Of a stretch of 59,212 nt of DNA, positions 9,771 to 18,935 are shown in pieces. This DNA is from Chitinophagales bacterium (GTDB lineage Bacteria; Bacteroidota; Bacteroidia; Chitinophagales; JADIYW01), in assembly GCA_044357355.1 (NCBI GenBank), contig JBIKPT010000001.1:1-59212 (forward strand), written 5' to 3'. The translations under genes and the position numbers were made by a program. The notes beneath the pieces were generated by a model. It worked only from the letters and a program-made list of their open reading frames with translations. It was not told the origin of the DNA and did not search any database. The number at the start of each line of letters is the position of its first letter. Position 1 is the first letter of the stretch.

Positions 9771-9958
9771 AACCACATAGATACATAGATTTTTTTTATT
9801 AAAGCATAATGAGTTGGCAGTATTTTTTCGTGCGCTTTAGTGAATCATAGTTATTCATCAAAGATGAATCTATGAAATCTTATCTATTCATTATTATAGA
9901 ACATCCGAAATGGTATGCATATAAAAGAATAACAAGGCTATGCATCTATGTGGTAAAA
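9771..9958. repeat. CATAG-rich inverted-repeat element, copy 1 (terminal arms plus central hairpin)
   Basis: Left arm aaccacatagatacatagatt (9771-9791). Right arm ctatgcatctatgtggtaaaa (9938-9958) is its reverse complement at 17/18 positions. Central hairpin catag-tta-ttcatc-aaa-gatgaa-t-ctatg (9846-9874). Fills the PKS2-to-thioesterase spacer. Confidence 0.6.
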
Positions 9959-12900
9959 CTATTTTATGCTTGGCATCTTTTTATCAAAATTCTTAAACCA
10001 GCGTAACAATTTACCATCTTCCGGTTTTATTTCGTGCCAGTCGCCTATATGTGTGTGTTCCATTTCCTGATTAAACATGATATCTGCCATCGTTATTGCC
10101 TGTGTTGTATCAATTTCTCCACCACCATAATACGTGTCAATTAAATACTGATGCAACTCTTTCGGTGTATTGTGCAAATGAATAACTTCCATTTTTAATT
10201 CAGAACCGATATGCTTTTCCATCAAACTTAAAAACTCACCACTCATCATACTGTCAAATCCTTGCTCTCGATATGGCTTATTGACATCTACTTTTTGTCC
10301 AGCTTCCAAACCTAATACTTTTGCTGCTTCAATTTGCATATAGGCAAGTAAGGTTTCGCGTGTAGCAACCGGTCGATGGCCGATGGCCGATGGCCGATGG
10401 TTTTCTTTAATTTCTATCGACTGTGATCTATCGACTATCGACCCTTTACCAAATACCGGATTTTCCCAATATACTTTCCAGTTCCATCCATACGTTGGCA
10501 AAGCCACGCGGTTTATTTTTTTGTTTTGATAAAACTGACTCCAGTCAACAGCAATTCCTGCACTAAATAATTGCTGCAGAGTTTTATGAAAATACAGCAC
10601 ATCATCTTCCTCTTTTTTTACAGAAGACAACCACAATACATTTGCATTGGTATTCGTTTGTTTCGCCAAACTTACTAAAACAGGATTCGGTCCAACTTCT
10701 AAATATAATTCGATATTTTTTTGTTGCAAATATTCTATGCCATTTGAAAACTGTACTGCATTTCGTATATGATTCGCAAAATAATCTGCATTCAATTCTT
10801 GTTTTGATATGTCTTTCCCGGTAAGATTAGAAATAACAGGAATAGCTGGTTGTTTGAATGAAAACTGTTTTGCAAACAAAGTAAATTTATCCAAGATTGT
10901 TTCCATCAAACGTGAATGAAAGGCGTGCGAAACATTTAAGGCAATTGCTTTTATTTTATGTTCCTGTAGCTTTTCTACAAATGCAACAACGTCTTCTTTC
11001 TTTCCGGAAATAGTGCAGTTTTTTATAGAATTTACTGCAGCCAAATCAATATTGGAATCTTTTAACAAAGGCCATAAATTTTCTTCATTACAGAAAACAG
11101 AAGCCATGCTGCCTTCATTCAGTGGCAATGAATTCATTAGTGCCGCACGTGCAATTACTAACTTTAATGCATCTTGCAATTCGATAGCATTTGCAACCGT
11201 TAAGGCAACTAATTCACCAATGCTGTGACCGATTAATGCAGTTGGTTGCACACCAACACTCATCCATAATTTTGACATAGCATATTCCACCACAAACAAA
11301 ACCGGTTGTGTATACTTTGTTTGATGGATTAGATTTCTATCGATTGTTTCACTCCATAAAATATCTTTGATAGAATGATCGAGATTGGATTTTATAACTT
11401 CATCACATTCATCGATTGCATTTTTAAAAACATCAAAGGTTCCATAGTAGTTTTTGCACATGCCGAAATACTGAGCACCTTGTCCGGTAAATAAAAAAGC
11501 AACTTCCTTATTCCTATTTAATTCAGGATTGGAAACCACATATTTATCTGATTTCATATCTTGTACAAAATCATTCAAACCATCAACAATTGCTAGATTG
11601 TCGTTAGCTATAATAGATAAACTATTATCAAAATGGTTTCTAGCTTTTTGTAGTGTGTAGCAAATTTCTGTCAAGGTGTTTTCCTGCCAGTCGTTTTCGT
11701 TCAGGTATTTTTTTGCGGTATTTTTTAAAGCTGCTGCATCTTTCGCACTCAATACAAAATGATAAGGTGCGTTGATTTCATCTGATTGCTGCTGAGGTTT
11801 CGCTTCTTCAAAAATCATATGCACATTGGTACCGCTGTATCCGGAAAGATTGATAGCTGCACGCAATGGTTTTCCATCATCATTTTTCCAGTCTATAGTT
11901 TCTGTTGTAACTTTTGCATTTATTTTATTCCATTCAACATCTTCATTGAGTGCAGCAATATTAATTTGCGCAGGAATTTTTTTATGTTTTAAGATCTCCA
12001 ACACTTTAAATAACATCGGCATTCCGGTTCCTGCTTCCAGATGGCCAATGTTTGCTTTTACGGAACCCACATAAATTGGTTTTGTTCTTCCATTATAACC
12101 TTCATGAATTGCTTGTATTTCTAACGCATCCGTAAAGCGATTGCCAATTCCGTGTACTTCTACATAATCAATATCATCTATAGTAAGATTGGCATTTTTG
12201 AGTGCTTCTTTTATGGTTTCAATTTGTATTTCAGGATTTGGTGCTGTGAAACCGTTGCTTCGTCCGTTGTGTTTTACAGCAGAACCTTTGATGATGACAG
12301 CAATAGAATCGTTGTCTTTTTCGGCATCGCTTTGTCGTTTCAAAACCACCACACCGCAACCTTCACCACGTACGTAACCTTCTGCATCATTCGCAAATGC
12401 TTTACAAGAATCATTTGGTGAAAGCGAACCTAATTTTGACAAACCCACAAAAGGTTCAGGTGTCAATAATAAATTGGCTGATGCAACGATGGCGATGTCA
12501 ATCACTTTTTTATTCAGTTCATCGTTTGCCAAATGAACCGCTAATAACGACGACGCACAAGCTGCATCAAGTGCATAGCTCGTTCCTTTTAAATCATACA
12601 TGTAGGAAACTCTGCCACAAGCTGTTCCAAATGGAATACCTGTAGTATCATACACATCTACGGTTTCCAGATTGCCGCTGCGAAAACGAGCTTGTATATA
12701 ATCAGAATTTCCGAGTGCGATGAAGACACCTGTGTTTGTTCCTTTTAAAGTATCCGATGCGATACCTGCGTTTTCCAATGCCTCATACACCACTTCTAAA
12801 ATCATTCGTTGTAACGGATCGATTGATTTTGCTTCGCGTGGTGAAATGCCAAAAAAATCTGCGTCGAAAGCACGGACGTCGTTTTGTAAAAAAGCACCAT

Positions 12901-13192
12901 ATTTTGAAACTGTTTTTCCTGCAACAGAAACATCTGCACTATAAATCGCATCTACATCAAATCTGTCATTTGGAATTTTGGTGATGACAGATTTTTGTGC
13001 TTCTAATAAATTCCATAATTTTTTAGTAGATGTAATGTTGCCTGCGAGCCGAACGCCTGTTCCTATGACGGCAATGGGCTCGTTGGGTGCAGTTGTATTT
13101 TCCTTAGCGGTTGCTAATTCCAGTTCTAACTTTTTTATTTTGATAAGAGACTTTTGAAGAATCTCCTGCATTTGTTGTAGTTGTTCGCTCAT
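9959..13192 (-). CDS. Type I polyketide synthase, KS-AT-ACP plus a ~57-aa C-terminal tail
   Basis: N-terminal coiled coil. KS about nt 11813-13081 (DAACASS Cys212, EVHGIG His347, NIGHLE His384). AT about 10628-11506 (GHSIGE Ser657, HAFH 756-759). ACP about 10133-10360 (GFDSMM Ser981). Tail 9962-10132 has no motif I recognise. Confidence 0.9.
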   Translation of the reverse strand: MSEQLQQMQEILQKSLIKIKKLELELATAKENTTAPNEPIAVIGTGVRLAGNITSTKKLWNLLEAQKSVITKIPNDRFDVDAIYSADVSVAGKTVSKYGAFLQNDVRAFDADFFGISPREAKSIDPLQRMILEVVYEALENAGIASDTLKGTNTGVFIALGNSDYIQARFRSGNLETVDVYDTTGIPFGTACGRVSYMYDLKGTSYALDAACASSLLAVHLANDELNKKVIDIAIVASANLLLTPEPFVGLSKLGSLSPNDSCKAFANDAEGYVRGEGCGVVVLKRQSDAEKDNDSIAVIIKGSAVKHNGRSNGFTAPNPEIQIETIKEALKNANLTIDDIDYVEVHGIGNRFTDALEIQAIHEGYNGRTKPIYVGSVKANIGHLEAGTGMPMLFKVLEILKHKKIPAQINIAALNEDVEWNKINAKVTTETIDWKNDDGKPLRAAINLSGYSGTNVHMIFEEAKPQQQSDEINAPYHFVLSAKDAAALKNTAKKYLNENDWQENTLTEICYTLQKARNHFDNSLSIIANDNLAIVDGLNDFVQDMKSDKYVVSNPELNRNKEVAFLFTGQGAQYFGMCKNYYGTFDVFKNAIDECDEVIKSNLDHSIKDILWSETIDRNLIHQTKYTQPVLFVVEYAMSKLWMSVGVQPTALIGHSIGELVALTVANAIELQDALKLVIARAALMNSLPLNEGSMASVFCNEENLWPLLKDSNIDLAAVNSIKNCTISGKKEDVVAFVEKLQEHKIKAIALNVSHAFHSRLMETILDKFTLFAKQFSFKQPAIPVISNLTGKDISKQELNADYFANHIRNAVQFSNGIEYLQQKNIELYLEVGPNPVLVSLAKQTNTNANVLWLSSVKKEEDDVLYFHKTLQQLFSAGIAVDWSQFYQNKKINRVALPTYGWNWKVYWENPVFGKGSIVDRSQSIEIKENHRPSAIGHRPVATRETLLAYMQIEAAKVLGLEAGQKVDVNKPYREQGFDSMMSGEFLSLMEKHIGSELKMEVIHLHNTPKELHQYLIDTYYGGGEIDTTQAITMADIMFNQEMEHTHIGDWHEIKPEDGKLLRWFKNFDKKMPSIK
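10374..10400. repeat. Heptanucleotide tandem repeat (cgatggc x3.9) inside the PKS2 AT-ACP linker
   Basis: cgatggc at 10374, 10381 and 10388, then cgatgg at 10395. GC-rich in an AT-rich gene. Encodes NHRPSAIGHRP on the minus strand. Confidence 0.9.
10415..10442. repeat. Second heptanucleotide tandem repeat (tatcgac / tgtgatc / tatcgac / tatcgac) in the same linker
   Basis: Read directly from the sequence, 14 nt from the first repeat. Encodes GSIVDRSQSIE on the minus strand. Confidence 0.85.
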
Positions 13193-13210
13193 TGGTTAGT
13201 ATTAAAAAAT

Positions 13211-13237
13211 TCACGCAAAGGCGCAAAGTTCGCAAAG
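13211..13237. repeat. Word-triplet spacer element tcacgcaaag-gcgcaaag-ttcgcaaag
   Basis: Fills most of the 47-nt spacer between the PKS1 stop and the PKS2 start. In gene sense it reads ctttgcg-aactttgcg-cctttgcgtgaa, then an A/T run, then ATG. Confidence 0.7.
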
Positions 13238-13239
13238 CA

Positions 13240-16200
13240 TTAATCCACCTTGCTGCTTAATTCTTTCATCAGTTCTTCTAAAGATAAATTTTTCACTTCT
13301 GATTCTATATCGTTTTTCACCAGCACGGGTTCTTCCTTATTTTCTTCTTTCTTAATTGAAAACTGCGCATCAAGATTTAACTCATTGCCAATAAAATCAG
13401 CCAGCTTTTGCACGGTTGGATATTGCCAGACAGCAGCCACATTTATCGACAAACTAAAATCATCTTGCAATTTATTTTTCAACTGTAAAGCATGCAAAGA
13501 ATCCACACCTAATGCTTTAAACGTTTCATCTTCTTTGATTTTAGAAACGGCTAATTTAGTGGCTGAAGAAATATGTTGTTTTATTCTGTCCTTGATGTGT
13601 TTTTTGTAATCGTCTATGCTTGCAAAAGCAGTTTTGTCCGCTACTGTTGTAGAAATTACATCGGTTGATTGACTCACCACTTTACTATAAAAATTATTTT
13701 TTAAAACAGCGTGATTGAATTGCGACCATTTCGTGAAATCAATTTCCATTGCCATCACTTGTGTAGCATCACTTAAAAACAAGCTGTCAAAATAAGCATT
13801 CAATTCGCTTGGCTGAATAGCGGTAACGCCTTGTTCTGCTAATCTGTCGGCTCTATTTTCCTGACGAGCGGCCAAACCAATTTCTGCAATAGTGCCAAAA
13901 TCTACAGACAATGAAGATTGATTATTAGCTTTTCTAAAATGCGCCAGACTATCCATAAAGGTATTGGCAGCATTGTAGTTGGATTGACCTGCAGAGCCAA
14001 CAATACCTGCTGCGGACGAATACAACACAAAGAAATCCAAATTTATACTTTGTGTCAAATGATGCAAATTCCATGCACCGATTGCTTTCGTATTAATTAC
14101 GTTTTCAAATTGTGCTTTCGTTAGGTTCTCAAACGCACCATCATCCAAAATTCCAGCTGCATAAAAAACACCAGCGATATTTAGAACTGAAGAAAGTGCA
14201 TCGTTTAATGAATCTATATTTGTTACATCTGACATTACATCATTTATAAAAATGCCTTCTTCTTTATATTTCTCAAATAAAGCTTGTGTTTCACCTTTTG
14301 CGCCGCTTCTGCTCAGCACTAAGATATTTTTTGCTTTATTTTCTACCAGCCATTTTACTGTAGATAAACCTAAACCGCTGGTACCGCCAACTACCACGTA
14401 GGTTTTATCAGCATAAATCTGTTTTGTTTTCTTTAAAGCGGCAGTAGTTTTCTCAATAGCTGATGTATAAACAGATTGATGTCGTACTGCAATTTCTTTA
14501 TATTTTTTATCTGCAAAAACTAAGCTTGCTATTTGATTAATTTCTTCATCTTTGATTTCATTAGAAACATCGAGTTGAAGGAAATTAATTTCTTCGTGTT
14601 CATTTTCCAAGGTACGCAGCACACCTGTAAACATGGCTGCATTTAGGTTGGCGTTTTTATCCTGATTTAAAATAAAACCACCATTCGTGACCACGCAAAT
14701 TTTCGGATGCTGTTGTGTTGCATTAAAATGATTGATTAATTTTTGCAACGATAAAATGCCACATTCCAGATAAAAACTAAATTCTGTTTCTTTATAAAAG
14801 CTACGCATATGAATCACCATATCCGCTTTTATTCCTTCTAAACTATCATTCAAATCAATAGTTGTAACCGTACAGCCTTTTTCTTTTAATGCACTCTCAA
14901 CATTTTTATAATGTTCATAGGTGTCTTTTATAATCAAAATATTTTGTGCTGAAATTCTTGCGGCTATTTTTATTTCGTTCCAGTTAATCTTGTATAAATT
15001 TTTAGAAATATCTTTCTTAACAACGTTTAAAGTGGAAACAAACTCAGGTTGCTGATCAAACCAATAGCGTTCTTTTTGCCATGCATAATTTGGCAATAGT
15101 ACAAACTCACCGATATTCGGATAAATAGATTTCCAGTCAACCCAAAAATTACCTGCATGCAATTCTCCAATGTTGGAATAGAATTCAGTCAGCTCATCTT
15201 TATCTCGTGCGTACGAAGCAATGGCAACCGCGTTTGCCTCTTGTATATTTTCATTCATTGCATGAATCAGCAATGAATGCGGACTCATTTCTATAAATGC
15301 TACTTGTGATTCTTTTAAAATTTCCTGCACTGCAATTCCAAACTGCACCGGATTTCTTAGGTTTTTTGTCCAGTAATCAGCATTTAAATTTTCACCGTTT
15401 ACCATTTCATTGGTTGCAGTAGAATAAAATTGTATGGTTGAATTTTGTGGTTGAATACTTTCTAATGCCTGAAACAAATCTTGTTTGATTGCATCCATTT
15501 GTGGTGAATGCGATGCTACATCTACTTTTACTTTTCTGTTGAATCTTCCCTGAGATTCCAGTTTGGCAAATACTTCATTTAAAGCGGTTGGCTCACCGGA
15601 AATTACGGTTGAATTTTTGCTGTTCATTACAGCAACCGATAATCTGTCTTCGTAACCTTTCAACAAATCATTAGCTTCCTCCACAGTTAAATCAGTTGCA
15701 CCCATTTCGCCTTTGCCGCTGAGTGGTTTCATCAACTTACTGCGTGTGATGATAATTTTGGCAGCATCGTCTAAGGAAATATTTCCGGCAACGTAAGCAG
15801 CAGCAATCTCACCCATACTATGGCCAATAACCACATCCGGGAAAACACCTTTGCTCATCCACAAAGCTGCCAATGCAATTTCCACTGCAATTAAAACAGG
15901 TTGCACAATATCAATTTCATGCAATCTGCTTTCGCTTTCCGGTTTATTGATTTCTTCAACTAAATTCCAGTCAACATATTTATTAAAAACCGCAGCACAT
16001 TCTTCTAATTCACTTTTATAAACAGGTTCACTTTCCATCAATGCTTTTCCCATGGAAATCCATTGTGCACCTTGTCCGGGAAAAACAAAAACTGTTTTAA
16101 TCTTTTCTTTTGTATCAAATTTCTTTTTGCTTATGTAATTAGAATTTTCAGAAAAGTCTTTTAACTTTTCAATCAACTCTTCTTTAGTAGTTGCTACAAA

Positions 16201-17784
16201 GGTTTCGCGCAAATCAAAATGTGCACGACGCAAAGCAGCCATCGCACAAATATCTATTACTGCCTTTTCACTCTGTTCTATAAAATCAGCATATGTATTT
16301 GCCAAATCTAGTAATGCCTGTTCGCTTTTGGCAGACAATGGCAACACAAAAATATCGTTGCGTAATTTTTGTTTTTGCGGAGGAAACGGATTTTCCGGTG
16401 CATCGCCAATTATTATATGTGCGTTAGAACCTGTTGCTCCAAAACCACTCACACCAGCATAACGAATTTTTCCATTTTCACGTTTCCATGCTATATTGTC
16501 TTTTGCAACTACAATCGGAATCTTATTCCAGTCAATAAGTGTATTGGGTGTATGAAAGTGAATAGATTTTGGAATAATATCGTGTTGTAAAGCGGTGATT
16601 ACTTTAAACATACTTGCCATTCCGGCATTGCATTCCATGTGACCGATATTGGATTTTATAGCACCAATATATAATGGTTTATCTTTTGTTCTATAATTTT
16701 TATAGGCTAATAAAATGCCATTTATTTCTACAGGATCACCAACTTTTGTTCCGGTGCCATGCGCTTCAATGTAATCGATATCTGTTGGTTGCAGTTGTGC
16801 ATTTTTTAAAGCCGCCGCGTGCATCAATCCTTGTGCTGCAGTGCTAGGTGCAGTTAGGCGTTTACTTTTTCCATCCTGATTTACGGCAGAACCTTTGATA
16901 ATGGCCAAAATATTATCACCGTCTTTTTGTGCATCGCTCAGTCTTTTTATAATCATAGCGCATACACCTTCTGAGCGAATGTAGCCATTGGCTGCATCAT
17001 CGAATGATTTGCAGCGAGCTTCCGGTGACAATGCACCTAATCTGCAAAAATTCAGAGACTGATCCGGTTCAGAAATGATGCTGGCTGCACCTACGACTGC
17101 AATTTTACAATCTTTATTGCGCAATGCCTGCATGGCAACATGCGTACAGGTAAGCGCAGAAGAGCACGCCGTATCGATGGTCATGCAGGGACCTCGCAAA
17201 CCCATGGTGTATGAAATTCTGCCGGATGCGCCGGTTGGACCGGTTCCTGTATAGCAATAACCGGAAATTAATTTATAATCTTTAGAGCGAATTTGTCTGG
17301 CTTCGTAGTCTACATTATCGATACCGATAAATACACCGGTATCTGAACCAACTAAAGAATTTACATCGATGCCTGCGTTTTCAAAAGCTTCGTGTGTAAC
17401 TTCTAAGAGCAAGCGCTGTTGCGGATCGGTACTTTCTAATTCTATAGGTGAAATATTAAAAAAAGGTCCGTCTAAATATTCGATATCTTCAATAAAACCG
17501 CCTTCTTTCACATATAGTTTTCCCGGTGCATTTGGATCCGGATCGTACAAGGCATCTTTGTCCCATCGGTTAGCCGGAATTTCTTCTATACAATCAATCC
17601 CATTTACTAAAACATTCCATAAATCACCGGCATTTTTTATTTTGCCCGGTAAGCGCATCGCCATACCAACTATTGCAATTGGTTCTGTGTGAATTGATTT
17701 TTCCTGTTCTAATTGTTGTATCGTTTCAGCAAGCTGACGTTGGATTTCTTCTAACTGGATTTTGTAAGATTCAATATCTTCCAT
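13240..17784 (-). CDS. Type I polyketide synthase, KS-AT-(structural psi-KR)-KR-ACP
   Basis: N-terminal coiled coil. KS about nt 16405-17685 (DTACSS Cys207, EAHGTGT His342, NIGHME His382). AT about 15205-16092 (GHSMGE Ser656, VASH 756-759). KR about 13870-14412 (GGTSGLG Rossmann, LDD 1213-1215, SNYNAAN Tyr1270). ACP about 13375-13602 (GVDSL Ser1429). No DH HxxxGxxxxP motif and no ER. Confidence 0.9.
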   Translation of the reverse strand: MEDIESYKIQLEEIQRQLAETIQQLEQEKSIHTEPIAIVGMAMRLPGKIKNAGDLWNVLVNGIDCIEEIPANRWDKDALYDPDPNAPGKLYVKEGGFIEDIEYLDGPFFNISPIELESTDPQQRLLLEVTHEAFENAGIDVNSLVGSDTGVFIGIDNVDYEARQIRSKDYKLISGYCYTGTGPTGASGRISYTMGLRGPCMTIDTACSSALTCTHVAMQALRNKDCKIAVVGAASIISEPDQSLNFCRLGALSPEARCKSFDDAANGYIRSEGVCAMIIKRLSDAQKDGDNILAIIKGSAVNQDGKSKRLTAPSTAAQGLMHAAALKNAQLQPTDIDYIEAHGTGTKVGDPVEINGILLAYKNYRTKDKPLYIGAIKSNIGHMECNAGMASMFKVITALQHDIIPKSIHFHTPNTLIDWNKIPIVVAKDNIAWKRENGKIRYAGVSGFGATGSNAHIIIGDAPENPFPPQKQKLRNDIFVLPLSAKSEQALLDLANTYADFIEQSEKAVIDICAMAALRRAHFDLRETFVATTKEELIEKLKDFSENSNYISKKKFDTKEKIKTVFVFPGQGAQWISMGKALMESEPVYKSELEECAAVFNKYVDWNLVEEINKPESESRLHEIDIVQPVLIAVEIALAALWMSKGVFPDVVIGHSMGEIAAAYVAGNISLDDAAKIIITRSKLMKPLSGKGEMGATDLTVEEANDLLKGYEDRLSVAVMNSKNSTVISGEPTALNEVFAKLESQGRFNRKVKVDVASHSPQMDAIKQDLFQALESIQPQNSTIQFYSTATNEMVNGENLNADYWTKNLRNPVQFGIAVQEILKESQVAFIEMSPHSLLIHAMNENIQEANAVAIASYARDKDELTEFYSNIGELHAGNFWVDWKSIYPNIGEFVLLPNYAWQKERYWFDQQPEFVSTLNVVKKDISKNLYKINWNEIKIAARISAQNILIIKDTYEHYKNVESALKEKGCTVTTIDLNDSLEGIKADMVIHMRSFYKETEFSFYLECGILSLQKLINHFNATQQHPKICVVTNGGFILNQDKNANLNAAMFTGVLRTLENEHEEINFLQLDVSNEIKDEEINQIASLVFADKKYKEIAVRHQSVYTSAIEKTTAALKKTKQIYADKTYVVVGGTSGLGLSTVKWLVENKAKNILVLSRSGAKGETQALFEKYKEEGIFINDVMSDVTNIDSLNDALSSVLNIAGVFYAAGILDDGAFENLTKAQFENVINTKAIGAWNLHHLTQSINLDFFVLYSSAAGIVGSAGQSNYNAANTFMDSLAHFRKANNQSSLSVDFGTIAEIGLAARQENRADRLAEQGVTAIQPSELNAYFDSLFLSDATQVMAMEIDFTKWSQFNHAVLKNNFYSKVVSQSTDVISTTVADKTAFASIDDYKKHIKDRIKQHISSATKLAVSKIKEDETFKALGVDSLHALQLKNKLQDDFSLSINVAAVWQYPTVQKLADFIGNELNLDAQFSIKKEENKEEPVLVKNDIESEVKNLSLEELMKELSSKVD

Positions 17785-17811
17785 TGTACATTTACTTAAC
17801 AGGATAAAGAA

Positions 17812-17826
17812 GTAACTTAAAGTTAC
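17812..17826. promoter_or_regulatory. Perfect 15-bp palindrome gtaactt-a-aagttac in the wzz-PKS1 spacer
   Basis: Read directly from the sequence. Centred 35 nt upstream of the PKS1 ATG. Candidate operator or RNA hairpin. Confidence 0.3.
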
Positions 17827-17852
17827 ATATTCTCAGAATAAACGACAAAAAT

Positions 17853-18929
17853 TTATTCAGCAGTGGCAGCAGCCAGTTTTGCTGCTTTGATTTTATCTTC
17901 TTCTCTGCCGTCATTGATTGCTTTCTGGATAAGCAGTGGAATAATGATAAATATCAAACTTACTGCAAATCCAATTGCAGCAAATAACAATTTACTTTTA
18001 TGTTTGGGCGATGTAGAAAACATTGGGTCGTCTATAACACGCACAATATTATTTTGCGGTACCATACCAGCTTTAGCATTTTCTTTAGAAGTAGTTGCAT
18101 CGTTATACATCACACCGAGTGTTGCCAGTTCCTGCATAATTTTTTGCTGGTCTACCGTTTCAATTCTTTTCTTGTTAAAAATATTCTGATCTTGCGACTG
18201 AGCAATCATTCTTTGCCGGTAAGCAATTTCTCTGGAAATTGAATCCAAACGTTTAGTTACACTTCCAAGTGAGGTTGCCGCATTTTCTAATTGTTTGGTT
18301 TGATAAAATTTTACGGTATTATTTAACAATGTAGAACCTAAGATTCTGGATACGTCATAATCTGGTGTTTCAATTTCTGCTCTGATGACACCGGATGTTA
18401 AATCGTATTCAGCAACCATTAATCCGCCAAAATAATCATCATACATCATTCCTAAAAAATCCATTTCCATTTTGCTCAGTTCATCTATTGAATTGGCACG
18501 AAATTTAAAATCTTTAAGCAACGAATCTTTTTCAAAGCCGTCATTATATTTAAAAGCACTAAAATAGAAATTGGCTAATTTATCTGTCTTTCCATTTATT
18601 TCTACATCTGTAAGCATGGAATTGAGAAAAACATATCGGGACGTAAATATTCCGGTTAATACATCATTTGATGAACCACCAGCAAAAGAGACACCCATCA
18701 TAGACATGATGCCACCTACAGCACTGGTTCTGGAGTCTACTGCATTGAATGCAATATTGGCAATGTATGCCGGTGGTGATAATTTTGCGAAATAATAACC
18801 GCCTGCGGTTAATGCTGCGACACCTACAATAGAAATATACCATTTCTTCAACAAATAGACGAAGTAACTCCTGAACGATTCAAGAACATCGACTAACCTT
18901 ATATCTTCTTCTGAAAATTGCTGTTGCAT
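17853..18929 (-). CDS. Wzz-like polysaccharide co-polymerase / chain-length determinant (no tyrosine-kinase domain)
   Basis: 358 aa with one TM helix near each end and a long coiled-coil-rich periplasmic segment. Lies 6 nt downstream of the Wza-like gene. Confidence 0.65.
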   Translation of the reverse strand: MQQQFSEEDIRLVDVLESFRSYFVYLLKKWYISIVGVAALTAGGYYFAKLSPPAYIANIAFNAVDSRTSAVGGIMSMMGVSFAGGSSNDVLTGIFTSRYVFLNSMLTDVEINGKTDKLANFYFSAFKYNDGFEKDSLLKDFKFRANSIDELSKMEMDFLGMMYDDYFGGLMVAEYDLTSGVIRAEIETPDYDVSRILGSTLLNNTVKFYQTKQLENAATSLGSVTKRLDSISREIAYRQRMIAQSQDQNIFNKKRIETVDQQKIMQELATLGVMYNDATTSKENAKAGMVPQNNIVRVIDDPMFSTSPKHKSKLLFAAIGFAVSLIFIIIPLLIQKAINDGREEDKIKAAKLAAATAE

Positions 18930-18935
18930 GTATTA

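Noticed and set aside
9959-17784. PKS genes as a heterocyst-glycolipid (Hgl), PUFA-synthase (Pfa) or flexirubin/aryl-polyene cluster.
   Set aside because: There is no chain-length factor, no tandem ACP repeats, no FabA-type DH, no enoyl reductase, no terminal thioester reductase and no type II KS/DarAB-like genes. Only two canonical modular type I proteins are present.
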